Source: an uncultured Alphaproteobacteria bacterium
GTDB taxonomy: Bacteria; Pseudomonadota; Alphaproteobacteria; GCA-002720895
Assembly (NCBI GenBank): GCA_902607475.1
Contig: CACLKH010000001.1
Span: 17,094-81,093 of the forward strand
Length of the DNA: 64,000 nucleotides
Reading direction: 5' to 3'
Shown here: positions 38,011 through 48,709 of the stretch, piece by piece
How positions within the stretch are numbered: the stretch's first letter is position 1
How the letters are laid out: every line of letters starts with the position of its first letter
Made by a program: the position numbers and the translations under genes
Notes under the pieces: generated by a model
The model's input: the letters and a program-made list of their open reading frames with translations, nothing else
Database searches by the model: none
What the model was told of the DNA's origin: nothing

Positions 38011-39516
38011 TTATTTTTTTTCGTGATTATTGTAAATATAGTTATCTATCAATCTTACGCCGAAAGCTGTACCACCTTTTTTAGATAAAGGTTGGTCTTT
38101 ATCAAGCCAAGTTACACCTGCTATATCTAAATGTGCCCATTCAACATCTTTTTTCACAAAACGTTTTAAAAATTGAGCTGCAGTAATACTACCTGCCCCA
38201 CCTGTTCCTGTTATATTTTTAACATCTGCAATATCACAATTAAGTAATTCATCGTATTCTTTACCCAAAGGAAATCTCCAAACTTTTTCATCAGTTTTTC
38301 TTCCTGATTTTGTTAAATCATCTGATAATTTATCAGAATTAGAAAACAGTCCTGCGTAAAAATTTCCTAGAGCAGCAATTATTGCTCCTGTTAAAGTTGC
38401 AAAATTTATCATTTTTTTTACATTATATTTTTCTTGGCAATACCAAAGCGCGTCTGCTAAAACAAGTCTTCCTTCTGCATCAGTGTTTAAAACTTCAATT
38501 GTTTGCCCAGACATAGATTTTACTATATCACTTGGTCTTTGAGCATTAGCGCTAACCATATTCTCAACAGAACCAATTACACCAACTACATTAGACTTTG
38601 ACTTTCTTAAAGCTAAAGCTTTTATTACTCCTAAAACTACTGCAGAACCACCCATATCCATTTTCATTTCTTCCATTCCAGAAGTTTTTAAAGAATATCC
38701 ACCTGTATCAAATGTAACTCCTTTTCCTACAAGACCAATTGCTGGAGATTTTGAACTTGGATTACCATTCCATTCTAAAGTAATAAGTCTTGATGGGTTT
38801 GCGCTTCCCATTCCAACTCCTAAAAGAGCACCCATACCAAGTTTTTTCATCTTTTTCTCATCCAAGATGCCTACTTTAACATTTAATTTTGTTAATTCTT
38901 TTGCTCTTGAAGCAAGACTTACTGGATTTAATATGTTTGGTGGTTCATGTAAAAGATCACGTGAAAAAAATACACCTTCTGCTATAGCTTGAAAATTTAC
39001 AAAAAGTTTTCTAAATTTACCTGGATTAGAAACAACAAAACTTACACTTGATACTTTTTTATTATTTTCTTCGTCTTTTTTTTTATATTTTTTAAAAGAA
39101 TACGATTTAAGATAAATACCAGAAGCCAAATGCAAAATTATATTTTCATTACTAATCTTTACTTTTTTTAGTCCACCTACTTGAAATGATATTTCCTTGT
39201 ACTGTAGTGTTTCTAAATAAGGTTGTAGAAGACCCCCGAAATACTCAAAATTAAAACTCTCAAGTTTATTTTCATCACCAATACCAATAAAAATAAAATT
39301 TTGCGGTTCGTTATTCGTTATAGTATCTATGTGGCAAATTTGGCCTAATTTACCGTTAAAATTTCTTTTTGATAAACTATTTAAGATGTTTTTTTTTATT
39401 TCTGAATTAGAAGAAATGTTATGATATTTTAAATTTTTTTTATCCTTATTGATAAAAAAAATTTTAAAATTAGGTAAAACTTTTTTATTGATGAAATTTA
39501 CAATCATAAAATACAA
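38011..39516 (-). CDS. pepA: leucyl aminopeptidase (M17)
   Basis: 501 aa. VGKGVTFDTGG and NTDAEGRLVLADAL motifs. Confidence 0.92.
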   Translation of the reverse strand: MYFMIVNFINKKVLPNFKIFFINKDKKNLKYHNISSNSEIKKNILNSLSKRNFNGKLGQICHIDTITNNEPQNFIFIGIGDENKLESFNFEYFGGLLQPYLETLQYKEISFQVGGLKKVKISNENIILHLASGIYLKSYSFKKYKKKDEENNKKVSSVSFVVSNPGKFRKLFVNFQAIAEGVFFSRDLLHEPPNILNPVSLASRAKELTKLNVKVGILDEKKMKKLGMGALLGVGMGSANPSRLITLEWNGNPSSKSPAIGLVGKGVTFDTGGYSLKTSGMEEMKMDMGGSAVVLGVIKALALRKSKSNVVGVIGSVENMVSANAQRPSDIVKSMSGQTIEVLNTDAEGRLVLADALWYCQEKYNVKKMINFATLTGAIIAALGNFYAGLFSNSDKLSDDLTKSGRKTDEKVWRFPLGKEYDELLNCDIADVKNITGTGGAGSITAAQFLKRFVKKDVEWAHLDIAGVTWLDKDQPLSKKGGTAFGVRLIDNYIYNNHEKK

Positions 39517-39531
39517 ATTAATATAGGTCTT

Positions 39532-40641
39532 ATGTCAATAATATCCAATTATATTTTTAAACAAATAGGGTCGTACTTTATATATATAACAATTTTTTTT
39601 ATAAGTTTAATATGGCTTATCCTATCTTTAAAGTTTATAGAATATGTAACTACAAATGGTTTAGATTTCAAAGATTTTATAAAAATGACTTCTTTGTTAC
39701 TACCAACTGTTATACCGGCTTTAACTCCTTTAACTTTAAGTTTAGCTTGCATTTTTGTTTACAACAGACTCTCAAATGATAATGAATTAATAATAATTAA
39801 ATCATCTGGATTTAGCACATTTGATATATTAAAACCTGCATTATTACTTTCAATTATTATCACTTTAATTAATTTAGTTTTAAATTTATATTTCAGTCCT
39901 TTAAGCAAATCTATATTCAAAGAGAATCAAAAAAATCTCAGAGAAGATATAGCACGTATTGCTTTTAAAGAAGGAAGATTCTCAAATCTCTTTCAAGGTA
40001 TAACTATATATATTGAAAAAATAATAGACAAAAATAATTATGAATATGTTTTCGTCTATGATGACAGAAATAAAGAAGACCCAGCAACATACATAGCTAA
40101 ACAAGCAGAATTAGTTCAAAATGATATTTTTAATAAAGTAATTTTAAAAAATGGTAATAGACAAATTATTGATAAAAAAAATTCACAATTAAGCATTATT
40201 AAATTTGAAGAGTATGAAGTCAATTTAGATCTCCTACAAAAAAATAAAAACGAAGAAAGAATTAAAGAACCAGAAGAAATGTTTCTAACAGAATTATGGG
40301 ATGATAAGCACAAAGTAGGAGGGCGATATGATCCAAGACAAATTTCTAGTATGATTGTTGAGGGACATAAAAGAATAATAGACCCTATTTATTGTATAAT
40401 ATTTACATTAATAAGTTTAACTTTTTTATTATCTGACAAGCTAGTTCTGAAATCAGCATTAAAAAAAATATCTATTATTATATTTATAATTTTTTTAATT
40501 GAAGTTATTTATTTATCTTTACCTAATTTTATTGTAAAAAAATTTTCATTACTACCAATCATGTACTTTTTTCCATTATCATTATTTTTTCTTTTAATAA
40601 TTTATAATTTAAAAAAAACTTATAGAAAATTTAAAAAATGA
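39532..40641 (+). CDS. lptF: LPS export ABC permease LptF (YjgP/YjgQ family)
   Basis: 369 aa with a 6-TM YjgP/YjgQ layout. Divergent from pepA and followed by a paralog, the conserved pepA<>lptFG arrangement. Confidence 0.85.
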   Translation: MSIISNYIFKQIGSYFIYITIFFISLIWLILSLKFIEYVTTNGLDFKDFIKMTSLLLPTVIPALTPLTLSLACIFVYNRLSNDNELIIIKSSGFSTFDILKPALLLSIIITLINLVLNLYFSPLSKSIFKENQKNLREDIARIAFKEGRFSNLFQGITIYIEKIIDKNNYEYVFVYDDRNKEDPATYIAKQAELVQNDIFNKVILKNGNRQIIDKKNSQLSIIKFEEYEVNLDLLQKNKNEERIKEPEEMFLTELWDDKHKVGGRYDPRQISSMIVEGHKRIIDPIYCIIFTLISLTFLLSDKLVLKSALKKISIIIFIIFLIEVIYLSLPNFIVKKFSLLPIMYFFPLSLFFLLIIYNLKKTYRKFKK

Positions 40642-41759
40642 AACTTTCATCATTTAATATCTTTGGTAGAGAATTAGAAAAATATTTTTTTAAAAAATTT
40701 ATAAAAAATTTTATTTATTTTATATTTATTTCATTGCTAATAGTTTTTTTAGTTGAATTTGTAGAATTACTTAGAAGAACATCAGAAAATCCTAATATTA
40801 CATCAATTTTTTATGTACTTTATTTAGCTTTTTTAAAAATAACAGAAAGTATAGCTTTTATAATACCAATTAGTATTTTTGTAACAACAATGATAACTTG
40901 TCGTTCTTTTAACAAATATAGAGAAATGGTTATAATCCAAAATGCTGGCTTACATTCTTTTAGAATTCTATATCCATTCATTGTTTTTACAATATTTTTC
41001 TGTGTAATTTATTTTATTTTTTTAAATCCTTTTTTTTCACACGCAACTAATACATATCAAAAAATTGAACAAGAAGTATTTAGAGGCAAGTTAAGTAAAG
41101 CTTCAATTAGTAAATCTGGTATTTGGTTAAGACAAGGGTCTGAAAATAATAAAATTGTAATAAGAGCAGCAAATTTTTTACCAAAAAAAAGTTTATTTAA
41201 AGATACAACTTTCTATATTTATACAAAAAAAAATAATTTTATAGAAAGAATAGATGGGGAAAATGCTAAACTTGAAGAAGATTTTTGGATTATAAAAAAT
41301 GCTACAATCAATAAACCAAATAAACAAGTAGTAAAAATAGATCAATATACTCTAAAAACGAATTTATCAATTAAAAAAATTGAGAATAGTTTTTTAGATC
41401 CTCAAAGTCTATCCATTTGGAAAATTCCAGATTTTATATCTTTACTTAAAGAGTCGGGTTTTTCAGCCACCAAGCATCGGATGTATCTTTATAAAACAAC
41501 TTTTTTACCTTTATATTTAATTGGTTTGATACTTATTGCTGGCTCTTTTACAATTAAATTTACAAAAACTAAAGCAAGAACCTTCTTTTTAATATTAACT
41601 GGGGCTGTAACTGGTTTCTTGATTCATGTACTATCAGAAACCATATATTCACTTGGGATTGCTAATAAGCTACCTACGTGGCTTGCATCTTTATCGCCAT
41701 CTATTATAACTATTATGATAGGGGGTTATTTTATAATCCATTTTGAAAAAACAAATTAA
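40638..41759 (+). CDS. lptG: LPS export ABC permease LptG (YjgP/YjgQ family)
   Basis: 373 aa paralog of the preceding gene, with a 4-nt overlap. Confidence 0.85.
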   Translation: MKLSSFNIFGRELEKYFFKKFIKNFIYFIFISLLIVFLVEFVELLRRTSENPNITSIFYVLYLAFLKITESIAFIIPISIFVTTMITCRSFNKYREMVIIQNAGLHSFRILYPFIVFTIFFCVIYFIFLNPFFSHATNTYQKIEQEVFRGKLSKASISKSGIWLRQGSENNKIVIRAANFLPKKSLFKDTTFYIYTKKNNFIERIDGENAKLEEDFWIIKNATINKPNKQVVKIDQYTLKTNLSIKKIENSFLDPQSLSIWKIPDFISLLKESGFSATKHRMYLYKTTFLPLYLIGLILIAGSFTIKFTKTKARTFFLILTGAVTGFLIHVLSETIYSLGIANKLPTWLASLSPSIITIMIGGYFIIHFEKTN

Positions 41760-41761
41760 AA

Positions 41762-43909
41762 ATGAAAAAAATAATTTTATTACTATTTTCTATAATTTTT
41801 TTATTTAATAAAAATCTTTTGTCAAAAGATAATGCGCCTTTTATTCTAAATGCACAAAAAATAGTAAATAATCATAATGAATCAAAAGTAATAGCTACAG
41901 GTGATGTTGAAGTTATTCAAGGAAAAGAGGTACTTAGAGCTGACTATTTAGAATTTGATAAAATAAAAAATAAAGCATACGTAAAAGGAAATGTTAGTAT
42001 TTTAGATGAAGATGGTGTTGTTTATTTTGCAGATTATGCTGAAGTTGATAAAGGCTTTAAAAATGGTCTTACAAAAAATATCTCTATACTTTTTCCTGAT
42101 AATTCTAAAGTGGCCGCAGCATCAGGTAAAAGATTTAAAGGGACAATTTCTAGGTTAAAAAAAGCTTTGTACACGGCATGTAATTGTGATGATCCAAATA
42201 AAAAACCAACTTGGCAAATTAAAGCATCTGAAGTTGTTCATGATTCAAAAAGAAAAAAAATAAGCTATAAAAATGCTTTTCTTGAATTCCTTGGGTTTCC
42301 TGTAGCATATACACCGTATTACTCACATCCAGATCCAAGTGTGAAAAGACAAAGTGGTTTTTTATTTCCAAGTTATACATCAAATTCAGAATTAGGTACA
42401 ATTATTAGCACTCCTTATTACTATGCTCTTTCTCCCTATAAAGATCTTACAATAGAACCAAAGTATATCAGTAATCAAAGACCTTTGATGTATGCTGAAT
42501 ACAGACAAAGGTTTCGTAATGGAGAATTAAATATAGAAAGCAGTTTTACTAATGCAGATAGAAGAACAAGAGTTAAAACATATTCTAATAAAAATAGAGG
42601 GCATCTTTTTATTGATGGAAAATTTGATCATAATGATTTTTGGAGATACGGGTTTAATATAAAACGTACTACAGATGATACTTATTTGGCAAGATATATG
42701 TTTGAAGGAGCTAGCGATAGGCTTCAATCAGACTTTTTTATAGAAGGATTTGATGATGAAAATTATTTCTATGCTACTGGAATAGCAACACAAGTTCAAT
42801 CAAGTACTTATCAAAGTAATAAAACACCACTTATTTTGCCATCAATTAATTATAATTATCAAGGTAGCAAAAAAACTAAAATAGGTTTTGTCGATTTTAA
42901 TGCAAACTTTTTATCTTTAACACGTCGTCAAGGTTCTGATTTAAGAAAAATTACTTTACAACCAATTATTACATATCCATTCCAAGACAATCTTGGAAAT
43001 AGATTTAAATTTCAAGCTAAAACAACTGTATCTTCATACATGTTAAGCCATGTGCAAAGGACTAATAAAAATGATTTTAAAGGAATGAAAAATAGAATAC
43101 ATCCTGAATTGCTTTTTGGATGGGATCTTCCTTTACAAAAAAAACAAAATAACTCAATATTTTTTTTAAAACCACAAGCTGCATTAATTTTAGCACCAAA
43201 TAGAGGAGGAGATGAAGATATACCTAATGAAGATAGTGATAGTTTTGAATTTGGTGAAACCCATTTATTTAATTCAAGTTTATATCCAGGAGATGATAAG
43301 TTAGAAAAATCAAACCAAAGAATAGATTATGGTTTAAATTTTTCTATTAAATCCCAGGAAAAAAATCTTAGTTCTGATTTTTTTATAGGGCAAAGCTTTA
43401 GATTTAGAAAAAATCATAATTTTGGTTCTAAATCAGGATTAGATGATCAATTATCTGATTTGATAGGAAGAATAGGATTTGGATTCGGAAAAAATCTTAA
43501 TTTATCATACAGGTTTTTAATTAACAAAGACTCATTGTTTACAAGTAGAAGAGATCAATTTACTGTTTCAACAAAAATTTATAATACTGATGTAGCTATA
43601 AATTATATCTATTTGGAACCTACTACAGGAATTTCAGATGAAAGAGAGGAATTTAACATTTCACTCAACCATACTTTTAATGATAATTATTCTTTAAGAT
43701 ATTCAATAAAAGAAGATTTAACGAGTACAGGAGGAATGCTAGGACAAAAATTAGCATTAACATTTAATAACGAGTGTCTTACTACTGTAATAGGTTTAAA
43801 TAGATCATATTATTTGGATAGAGAAATTAAACCAAACGATACATTTATGATCACTTTTATTTTTAAAACACTTGGATCTATTGCCACTGGAAGAAATATT
43901 TCTAATTAA
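41762..43909 (+). CDS. lptD: LPS-assembly outer-membrane protein LptD
   Basis: 715 aa. Signal peptide, OstA-like N-domain (GDVEVIQGKEVLRADYLEFD), large C-terminal beta-barrel region. Upstream of surA-pdxA-rsmA. Confidence 0.85.
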   Translation: MKKIILLLFSIIFLFNKNLLSKDNAPFILNAQKIVNNHNESKVIATGDVEVIQGKEVLRADYLEFDKIKNKAYVKGNVSILDEDGVVYFADYAEVDKGFKNGLTKNISILFPDNSKVAAASGKRFKGTISRLKKALYTACNCDDPNKKPTWQIKASEVVHDSKRKKISYKNAFLEFLGFPVAYTPYYSHPDPSVKRQSGFLFPSYTSNSELGTIISTPYYYALSPYKDLTIEPKYISNQRPLMYAEYRQRFRNGELNIESSFTNADRRTRVKTYSNKNRGHLFIDGKFDHNDFWRYGFNIKRTTDDTYLARYMFEGASDRLQSDFFIEGFDDENYFYATGIATQVQSSTYQSNKTPLILPSINYNYQGSKKTKIGFVDFNANFLSLTRRQGSDLRKITLQPIITYPFQDNLGNRFKFQAKTTVSSYMLSHVQRTNKNDFKGMKNRIHPELLFGWDLPLQKKQNNSIFFLKPQAALILAPNRGGDEDIPNEDSDSFEFGETHLFNSSLYPGDDKLEKSNQRIDYGLNFSIKSQEKNLSSDFFIGQSFRFRKNHNFGSKSGLDDQLSDLIGRIGFGFGKNLNLSYRFLINKDSLFTSRRDQFTVSTKIYNTDVAINYIYLEPTTGISDEREEFNISLNHTFNDNYSLRYSIKEDLTSTGGMLGQKLALTFNNECLTTVIGLNRSYYLDREIKPNDTFMITFIFKTLGSIATGRNISN

Positions 43910-43934
43910 TAAATTTAGTAAATAAAAAAATTAA

Positions 43935-45206
43935 ATGAATCTGATAAAAAAAATATTTAATAAATTTTTTTTATTAAAATTTTTTTTTACCATTATTGTT
44001 TTTACTAAATTAGTTTTAGCAAATAATACAAATGAAACTAATGTGTCAATTTTAGAAAGACTCCCTACTAGTATTTTTGCAACAGTAAATAATGATCCAA
44101 TATCTATATATGATTTAATACAAAGATCTAATTTATTTAGTATTTCAGCTAAAATTCCTATTAATGAAGAATTTGAAACTAAGATTTTACCAGATTTAAT
44201 ATCAGGCTACATAGATCAAATGATACAAATGCAAGAACTGACAAAAGAAAATGTATTAGTTAATGATAAACAAGTGGAAGATATTGTTTCTAAAATTGAA
44301 CAAGATAATGGTTTTAAAAAAGGAGAATTTAAAAATTTTTTAAAAGAAAATAAAACTGAAATATCTATTTTAGAAAAACAAGTATACGTTTCTATTGGAT
44401 GGAAACAATTAGTAGCAAACAAATACAGAAATCAAGTAATGATTCAAGATTCAGAGATTGATACAATACATAATAAATTAAAATCTAATATTGGAAAAGA
44501 AGAATTCTTTATTGAACAAATATTTATTTCATTTGAAAATAAGAATGAAAATGAAGTATTAAATAAAATTAATAATCTTTATAAACAAATACTTGGTGGA
44601 GGTGATTTTGTATCAATAGCAACACAATTTTCAGATAAGTTTGGTGGAAAAACTGGAAATATGGGATGGATGCCAGAAGTTGATTTAGATTCAAAAATTT
44701 TAAATGAAATAAAAAAATTAGAAATTAATAAAACATCAAAACCATTAAAAGGAGAAAATGGATATTTTATAATAAGAGTTCTTAGTAAAAGAACAATTGG
44801 AGAAGAAATAATCAGTCAAGTATCATTGTTTAGATTTAAACTTATCGAAACTAATGAAGAAACAAATTCATTAATAAATAAAATTAAAAATTGTAATGAA
44901 TTAAAAAACTTTTCTAAAAAGTATGCTACTGAGGATTCTGGGTCTTTAGGAAATGTAAATTATGCTGAATTATCTAATAATTTAAAAGCTACAATAAAAA
45001 AAATGGAAAAAAATCAAATTAGTCCTCCTTTAAAATTTGGTTCAGAAGAATTTCAAATAATGACATGTGATATAAAAAAAATAAAACCTATTATACCTAG
45101 TAAATTTAAAATTAGAGATCTATTAACAAATAAAAAACTTGATACAATTGCCAGGCAATATATGTCAGAATTACGATCAAAAGCAGTAATAGATATTAGA
45201 ATTTAA
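43935..45206 (+). CDS. surA: periplasmic chaperone / peptidyl-prolyl isomerase SurA
   Basis: 423 aa. Signal peptide, SurA N-domain, parvulin domain (GGDFVSIATQFSD...GNMGWM...GYFIIRV). Confidence 0.8.
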   Translation: MNLIKKIFNKFFLLKFFFTIIVFTKLVLANNTNETNVSILERLPTSIFATVNNDPISIYDLIQRSNLFSISAKIPINEEFETKILPDLISGYIDQMIQMQELTKENVLVNDKQVEDIVSKIEQDNGFKKGEFKNFLKENKTEISILEKQVYVSIGWKQLVANKYRNQVMIQDSEIDTIHNKLKSNIGKEEFFIEQIFISFENKNENEVLNKINNLYKQILGGGDFVSIATQFSDKFGGKTGNMGWMPEVDLDSKILNEIKKLEINKTSKPLKGENGYFIIRVLSKRTIGEEIISQVSLFRFKLIETNEETNSLINKIKNCNELKNFSKKYATEDSGSLGNVNYAELSNNLKATIKKMEKNQISPPLKFGSEEFQIMTCDIKKIKPIIPSKFKIRDLLTNKKLDTIARQYMSELRSKAVIDIRI

Positions 45207-45209
45207 AAA

Positions 45210-46217
45210 ATGAAAAAAAAAATTATTACAGGAATAACGATGGGTGAACCTGCAAGTATTTCATCAGAGATTACATTAAAAACTTGGATAAATCATAGAA
45301 AGAAGTTAGATCCTTTTATTTTTTTTGGTGATCCTACTCATTTATTACAAACTTGTACAAAACTTAAATTTAAAGTCCCTATAAAAATAATTAACGAAAT
45401 TAATGAATGTTTTAAAATTTTTAATAATTATTTACCAGTTTATAAAGTAAAACTAAATCAGAATATAAAATTTGGTTCTCCATCAATAAAAAATGCAGAC
45501 AAAATATTAAATTCAATTAAACAAGTTGTTAAATTTGCTTTTAGAAAAAAAATATCTTCTATTGTAACAAATCCTATAGAAAAAAATGTCATAAAAAAAA
45601 AAGAAAGAAATTTTACTGGTCACACTTTCTATATTGCAAAATTATTAGATGTAAAAAAACCAATTATGCTGTTAACGTCACCTAAAATAAGCGTTGTTCC
45701 AATAACACAACATTTATCTTTGAAAAAAGCATTAAAATCTATAAATAAAAATATAATAGTATCCACAACTAAAATAACTGATAAATATTTTAAGATTTTT
45801 TTTGGAAAAAAAGTTCCAAAAATTGCTATTGCTAGTTTAAACCCACATGCTGGTGAAGGAGGAATTTTTGGAAACGAAGAAAAAAAAATCATTATACCCG
45901 CAATTAAAACAATTAGAAAAAAAAATATTAATGTTTTTGGTCCTTACCCTGCAGATACTATTTTTATTAAAGAATTTTCGAGAAGATTTGATGTAATTAT
46001 TTGTATGTATCACGATCAAGCAACTATACCATTAAAAACTATAGATTTTGAAAATGGTGTTAATGTAACACTAGGCTTGCCAATTATAAGAACTTCCCCC
46101 GACCATGGAACAGCTCTAGATATAGCTGGTAAAGGAATAGCATCTGAGAAAAGTTTGTATGCTTCAATTAAAATGTCTCAAAACATTGCAAAAAAAAGAA
46201 AATTGTGGATACAGTAA
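45210..46217 (+). CDS. pdxA: 4-hydroxythreonine-4-phosphate dehydrogenase
   Basis: 335 aa. ASLNPHAGEGG, MYHDQ and TSPDHGTA motifs. Confidence 0.9.
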   Translation: MKKKIITGITMGEPASISSEITLKTWINHRKKLDPFIFFGDPTHLLQTCTKLKFKVPIKIINEINECFKIFNNYLPVYKVKLNQNIKFGSPSIKNADKILNSIKQVVKFAFRKKISSIVTNPIEKNVIKKKERNFTGHTFYIAKLLDVKKPIMLLTSPKISVVPITQHLSLKKALKSINKNIIVSTTKITDKYFKIFFGKKVPKIAIASLNPHAGEGGIFGNEEKKIIIPAIKTIRKKNINVFGPYPADTIFIKEFSRRFDVIICMYHDQATIPLKTIDFENGVNVTLGLPIIRTSPDHGTALDIAGKGIASEKSLYASIKMSQNIAKKRKLWIQ

Positions 46218-47050
46218 AACAAATTATAGATAAATTTAATTTAATTTCAAAAAAATCTCTTGGTCAAAATTTTATACTAGATGAGAATATAACTGACAAA
46301 ATTGTAAGAACATCCGATGTTAAAAATCATATTGTGCTTGAAATAGGTCCTGGTCCAGGTTGTTTGACTAGATCATTAATAAAAGCTGGAGTAAAAAATA
46401 TTATTGCTGTAGAGAAAGACTTAAAATGTGTAAAAATTATAAATTATCAAAAAAAACTATTTTTGAATAAAGTAATTTTAATAGAAGGTGATTTTTTAAA
46501 AGATCATATTTTCAAAAAAATAGTAAGAGAATTCAAAAAAAATAAAAAAAAAGTTGTAGTTTTTTCAAATCTACCTTATAAAACCGCAATACCTATATTG
46601 GCAAAAATTTTTAGAAATAGAAATTACTTTCAAAAATTAATTTTAATGTTTCAAAAAGAACAAGCAGAAAGAATAATGGCAAAAAATAATACAAAAAGTT
46701 ATGGTAGGATTTCTGTAACATCCCAGTGGTTATGTAATATTAAAAAAAAAATGCATCTATCACCAAACTATTTTTTTCCTAAACCAAAAATAGATTCTTC
46801 GATTTTAGAATTTAAATTTAAAAAAAAAATTAAAAAAGTAGATAATGAAAACTTACTATCAGACTTAATAAAAAAATGTTTTAGTCAAAGAAGAAAAACT
46901 ATTAAAAATAATTTAAAAAAAACAATAAATTTTTCAGACGAAGTATTTCTAAACTGTGGAATTAATTCAAAAAAAAGACCTGAGGAGCTAGATTTTATAG
47001 ATTTTATTAATTTATCAAATTTTTTAAGTAAACATAAAAAAAAATTATAA
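46205..47050 (+). CDS. rsmA: 16S rRNA (adenine1518/1519-N6)-dimethyltransferase
   Basis: 281 aa. SLGQNFILD, EIGPGPG and NLPY motifs. GTG start. Confidence 0.9.
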   Translation: MDTVKQIIDKFNLISKKSLGQNFILDENITDKIVRTSDVKNHIVLEIGPGPGCLTRSLIKAGVKNIIAVEKDLKCVKIINYQKKLFLNKVILIEGDFLKDHIFKKIVREFKKNKKKVVVFSNLPYKTAIPILAKIFRNRNYFQKLILMFQKEQAERIMAKNNTKSYGRISVTSQWLCNIKKKMHLSPNYFFPKPKIDSSILEFKFKKKIKKVDNENLLSDLIKKCFSQRRKTIKNNLKKTINFSDEVFLNCGINSKKRPEELDFIDFINLSNFLSKHKKKL

Positions 47051-47767
47051 AGATCTTATTTTTTTAAGAATTAAATTTTTTTTTTGAATGGCAATTCTTT
47101 TAGCCTCATAAATAGCTTTAATTTTTTGTTTAGTTAAACTTTTTACTGGAACAAAATTTTCATATCTTTCTGCTTCAATAATATTTTTAATTTTTTTTAC
47201 AGTATCTGATAAATTTTTATTTATTAAAACATATTTATAATCTTTCCAATGACTTAACTCCATTTTATAAAATGATAGTCGTTGCTTAACTATATGATCA
47301 GGGTCCTGAGCTCTTTTTTTTAATCTTTTAATTAATTCTTTTTTTGATGGAGGTAATATAAAAATACTAACAACATTTTTACCTAGTTTTTTTTTTATTT
47401 TTCTAGATCCTTGCCAATCAATATCAAATAAAACATCTTTTCCTTTATTATTAATTTTTTCTACTTTTATTAAAGATGTACCGTAATAATTATTAAATAC
47501 TTTTGCCCATTCTATAAAATATTTTTTTTTCTTTAATTTCTCAAATTCTTCTTCTGAAACAAAATTATAATCTTTATTATTCTTTTCTAATGGTCTTTTT
47601 TTTCTAGTTGTATAAGAAATAGATAACTCAATATTTTTATTATTTTTTAGAAGTTTTTTTGCCAAAGTTGTTTTACCAGCGCCAGAAGGAGAGGATAAAA
47701 TAATAAATAAACCTTGTTTTTTAGTTTTCATATTTTTCCATACTAAATTCTTTAAACTTCTTAACAT
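47045..47767 (-). CDS. gmk: guanylate kinase
   Basis: P-loop SSPSGAGKTT, YTTRKKRPLE. The true start is probably the ATG at 47731 (MKTKKQGLF...), which reduces the overlap with mltG to 11 nt. Confidence 0.9.
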   Translation of the reverse strand: MLRSLKNLVWKNMKTKKQGLFIILSSPSGAGKTTLAKKLLKNNKNIELSISYTTRKKRPLEKNNKDYNFVSEEEFEKLKKKKYFIEWAKVFNNYYGTSLIKVEKINNKGKDVLFDIDWQGSRKIKKKLGKNVVSIFILPPSKKELIKRLKKRAQDPDHIVKQRLSFYKMELSHWKDYKYVLINKNLSDTVKKIKNIIEAERYENFVPVKSLTKQKIKAIYEAKRIAIQKKNLILKKIRSL

Positions 47768-48704
47768 TTTCTATATGTTTCTGGTAATTTGATGAAAAAT
47801 TATGACCTCCTTCACCATCCGCAACAAAATATAATAAATCTCCTTTACTAGGATTTGTTGCTGCAATAATAGACTCTTTTCCTGGATTACATATTGGCCC
47901 CTTTGGAAGACCATGAATTAAATAAGTATTAAAGCTTGATTTATGATTAAGATCATTTTTTGTTAATTCTTTTTTTTTTATTCCTGATTCATTTTCTATA
48001 CCATAAATCACAGTTGGATCTGATTGTAATTTCATGCGAAGTCTTAATCTATTTAAAAAAACTTGCGCTATTCTTGATTTTTCATAATTTAACGATGTCT
48101 CTTTCTCTATTATTGATGCAAGAACTAATACATCATTATAGTTATTAAGTTCTAAATCTTTATCTCTACTTTGCCAAGCTTCTATAAGTGTTGATTTCAT
48201 TCTTTTTTTCATATTATTTATGATTATATTTGAATTTGTTCCGTAAACATAAAAATAAGTGCTCGGAAACAACGCGCCCTCTTCAACTATTTGTTTAGAT
48301 TCCTCTTGGTTTAAAAAAATACCATCTGTTTTTTTTATAATATCAATAATTTGATTTGAAGTTAACCCTTCAGGAATTGTTATTTTTCTTTGAAATGCAT
48401 CGCCTATTTTAATTTTTTTTATTATTTGAAAAATATTATTATTATAAAATTTGTATTCACCTGCTTTCAATACTTTTTCAGCTAAAATTAAACGAACTGT
48501 TAATTTAAAAAAAAATTTATTATTAATTATTTTTTCTTTATATAAATTTTCTGTTATATCACTTAAGGTTTGGTTGCGTTTAATAAAAAAAGTATGCGTA
48601 TATTGATATTTTGTAAATACTAAATCAAAGAGTAATAAAAAAATTAAAAAAAAATATAAAAAAAAAATATATATATTTTTTTTTATTGAATACATGTTTT
48701 TCAT
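47721..48704 (-). CDS. mltG: endolytic murein transglycosylase MltG (YceG-like)
   Basis: 327 aa. N-terminal TM. ASIIEKETS...FLNRLRLRMKLQSDPTVIYG motif with the catalytic Glu. Confidence 0.88.
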   Translation of the reverse strand: MKNMYSIKKNIYIFFLYFFLIFLLLFDLVFTKYQYTHTFFIKRNQTLSDITENLYKEKIINNKFFFKLTVRLILAEKVLKAGEYKFYNNNIFQIIKKIKIGDAFQRKITIPEGLTSNQIIDIIKKTDGIFLNQEESKQIVEEGALFPSTYFYVYGTNSNIIINNMKKRMKSTLIEAWQSRDKDLELNNYNDVLVLASIIEKETSLNYEKSRIAQVFLNRLRLRMKLQSDPTVIYGIENESGIKKKELTKNDLNHKSSFNTYLIHGLPKGPICNPGKESIIAATNPSKGDLLYFVADGEGGHNFSSNYQKHIENVKKFKEFSMEKYEN

Positions 48705-48709
48705 TTTTT

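Noticed and set aside
46204-46212. A near-consensus reverse DnaA box (TGTGGATAC, 8/9) at the pdxA/rsmA junction.
   Set aside because: It lies within coding sequence and coincides with the rsmA GTG start codon context. There is no clustering with other boxes.
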